Made by a program: the position numbers and the translations under genes | NCBI GenBank assembly: GCA_038821645.1 | Contig: JAWBDT010000019.1 | Location: 1-30,301 of the forward strand | Length of the DNA: 30,301 bases | From: Ignisphaera sp. | GTDB lineage: Archaea; Thermoproteota; Thermoprotei_A; Sulfolobales; Ignisphaeraceae | Reading direction: 5' to 3' | In this document: positions 29,779-30,301 of the stretch, piece after piece | Numbering within the stretch: position 1 is the first letter of the stretch | How the letters are laid out: each line of letters begins with the position of its first letter | Notes under the pieces: generated by a model | Told to the model about the DNA's origin: nothing | Seen by the model: the letters and a program-made list of their open reading frames with translations, nothing else | The model's database searches: none

Positions 29779-30301
29779 AGATTCGCACCTACAGCATGTA
29801 TAGCCATAACCATTAGATAACATAGCTCGGATACAAAGCCCAGGACATCGCCATTAACGAAACCCAGAACCCTACTGGATAGCAGATGGGTAGATAGTAC
29901 GGCAATAGTGAAACCCACAGCCAGCAACATGGTTAATAATGGAGCTATCATGGGGTGTACAGAGAACATAAGGACTGTAGTTAAAGCAACTGCTATAGCT
30001 ATACCGAGAAGCACATCTATGTCTCTGACACTATGCTTAAACAACCTACCTATACCTTCTGGAGGTTCTCTACCTAGATAAGATAGCGTAGGCATGGAAA
30101 CTATAGACCACACTTCAGCAGAAATAATCAGAACTATCGATACCTCTAGCCTTGTCTTGATCAAGATGCTCAGTACCGATGAATATAGTCCTAACACTAA
30201 TAGCACGAATATCGCTATTGCGTAAGAACCTCTATACCTATCTTTAACAACTCTATACGCATCTACACCAAATCTATATGCCAAGACAGCTTCTGAGAAA
30301 T
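29769..30301 (-). CDS. cobS: Adenosylcobinamide-GDP ribazoletransferase CobS (5' end outside window)
   Basis: KD.Y.GSYA, G.G..F, G.VNGDVLG...E; frame stays open to the window edge. Confidence 0.88.
   Translation of the reverse strand, partial: FSEAVLAYRFGVDAYRVVKDRYRGSYAIAIFVLLVLGLYSSVLSILIKTRLEVSIVLIISAEVWSIVSMPTLSYLGREPPEGIGRLFKHSVRDIDVLLGIAIAVALTTVLMFSVHPMIAPLLTMLLAVGFTIAVLSTHLLSSRVLGFVNGDVLGFVSELCYLMVMAIHAVGANLWI

Overview
AT-rich archaeal chromosomal DNA. Gene content, GGTGA Shine-Dalgarno motifs and a box C/D RNA point to a crenarchaeon, probably Desulfurococcales/Ignisphaera-like (inferred). In order: HEPN-MNT toxin-antitoxin pair; membrane-anchored PQQ-type beta-propeller; frameshifted three-repeat surface protein; LarE; AIR-synthase-like protein; XPD/Rad3 helicase; box C/D-like sRNA; degenerate CitG homologue; four-gene group 3b [NiFe]-hydrogenase operon; KaiC-like ATPase with small partner; MoaB; a carbohydrate-uptake locus (Opp/Dpp-type binding protein, two permeases, a GH12 homologue lacking its nucleophile, an unassigned glycosidase-like protein); an orphan ABC binding protein; a SpoIIM-family protein; and the end of a cobamide operon (cobS, cbiB, SerK-like kinase, DUF71/Dph6-like ATPase, Asn-synthetase-like domain). 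Highlights: the cobamide operon with a SerK-type kinase and two amide ligases, the GH12 pseudoenzyme locus, apparent ATT/ATA initiation of hydrogenase genes, a C/D RNA whose guides pair with each other, and a CitG with altered motifs. All family calls come from motif recognition by eye, not database searches.
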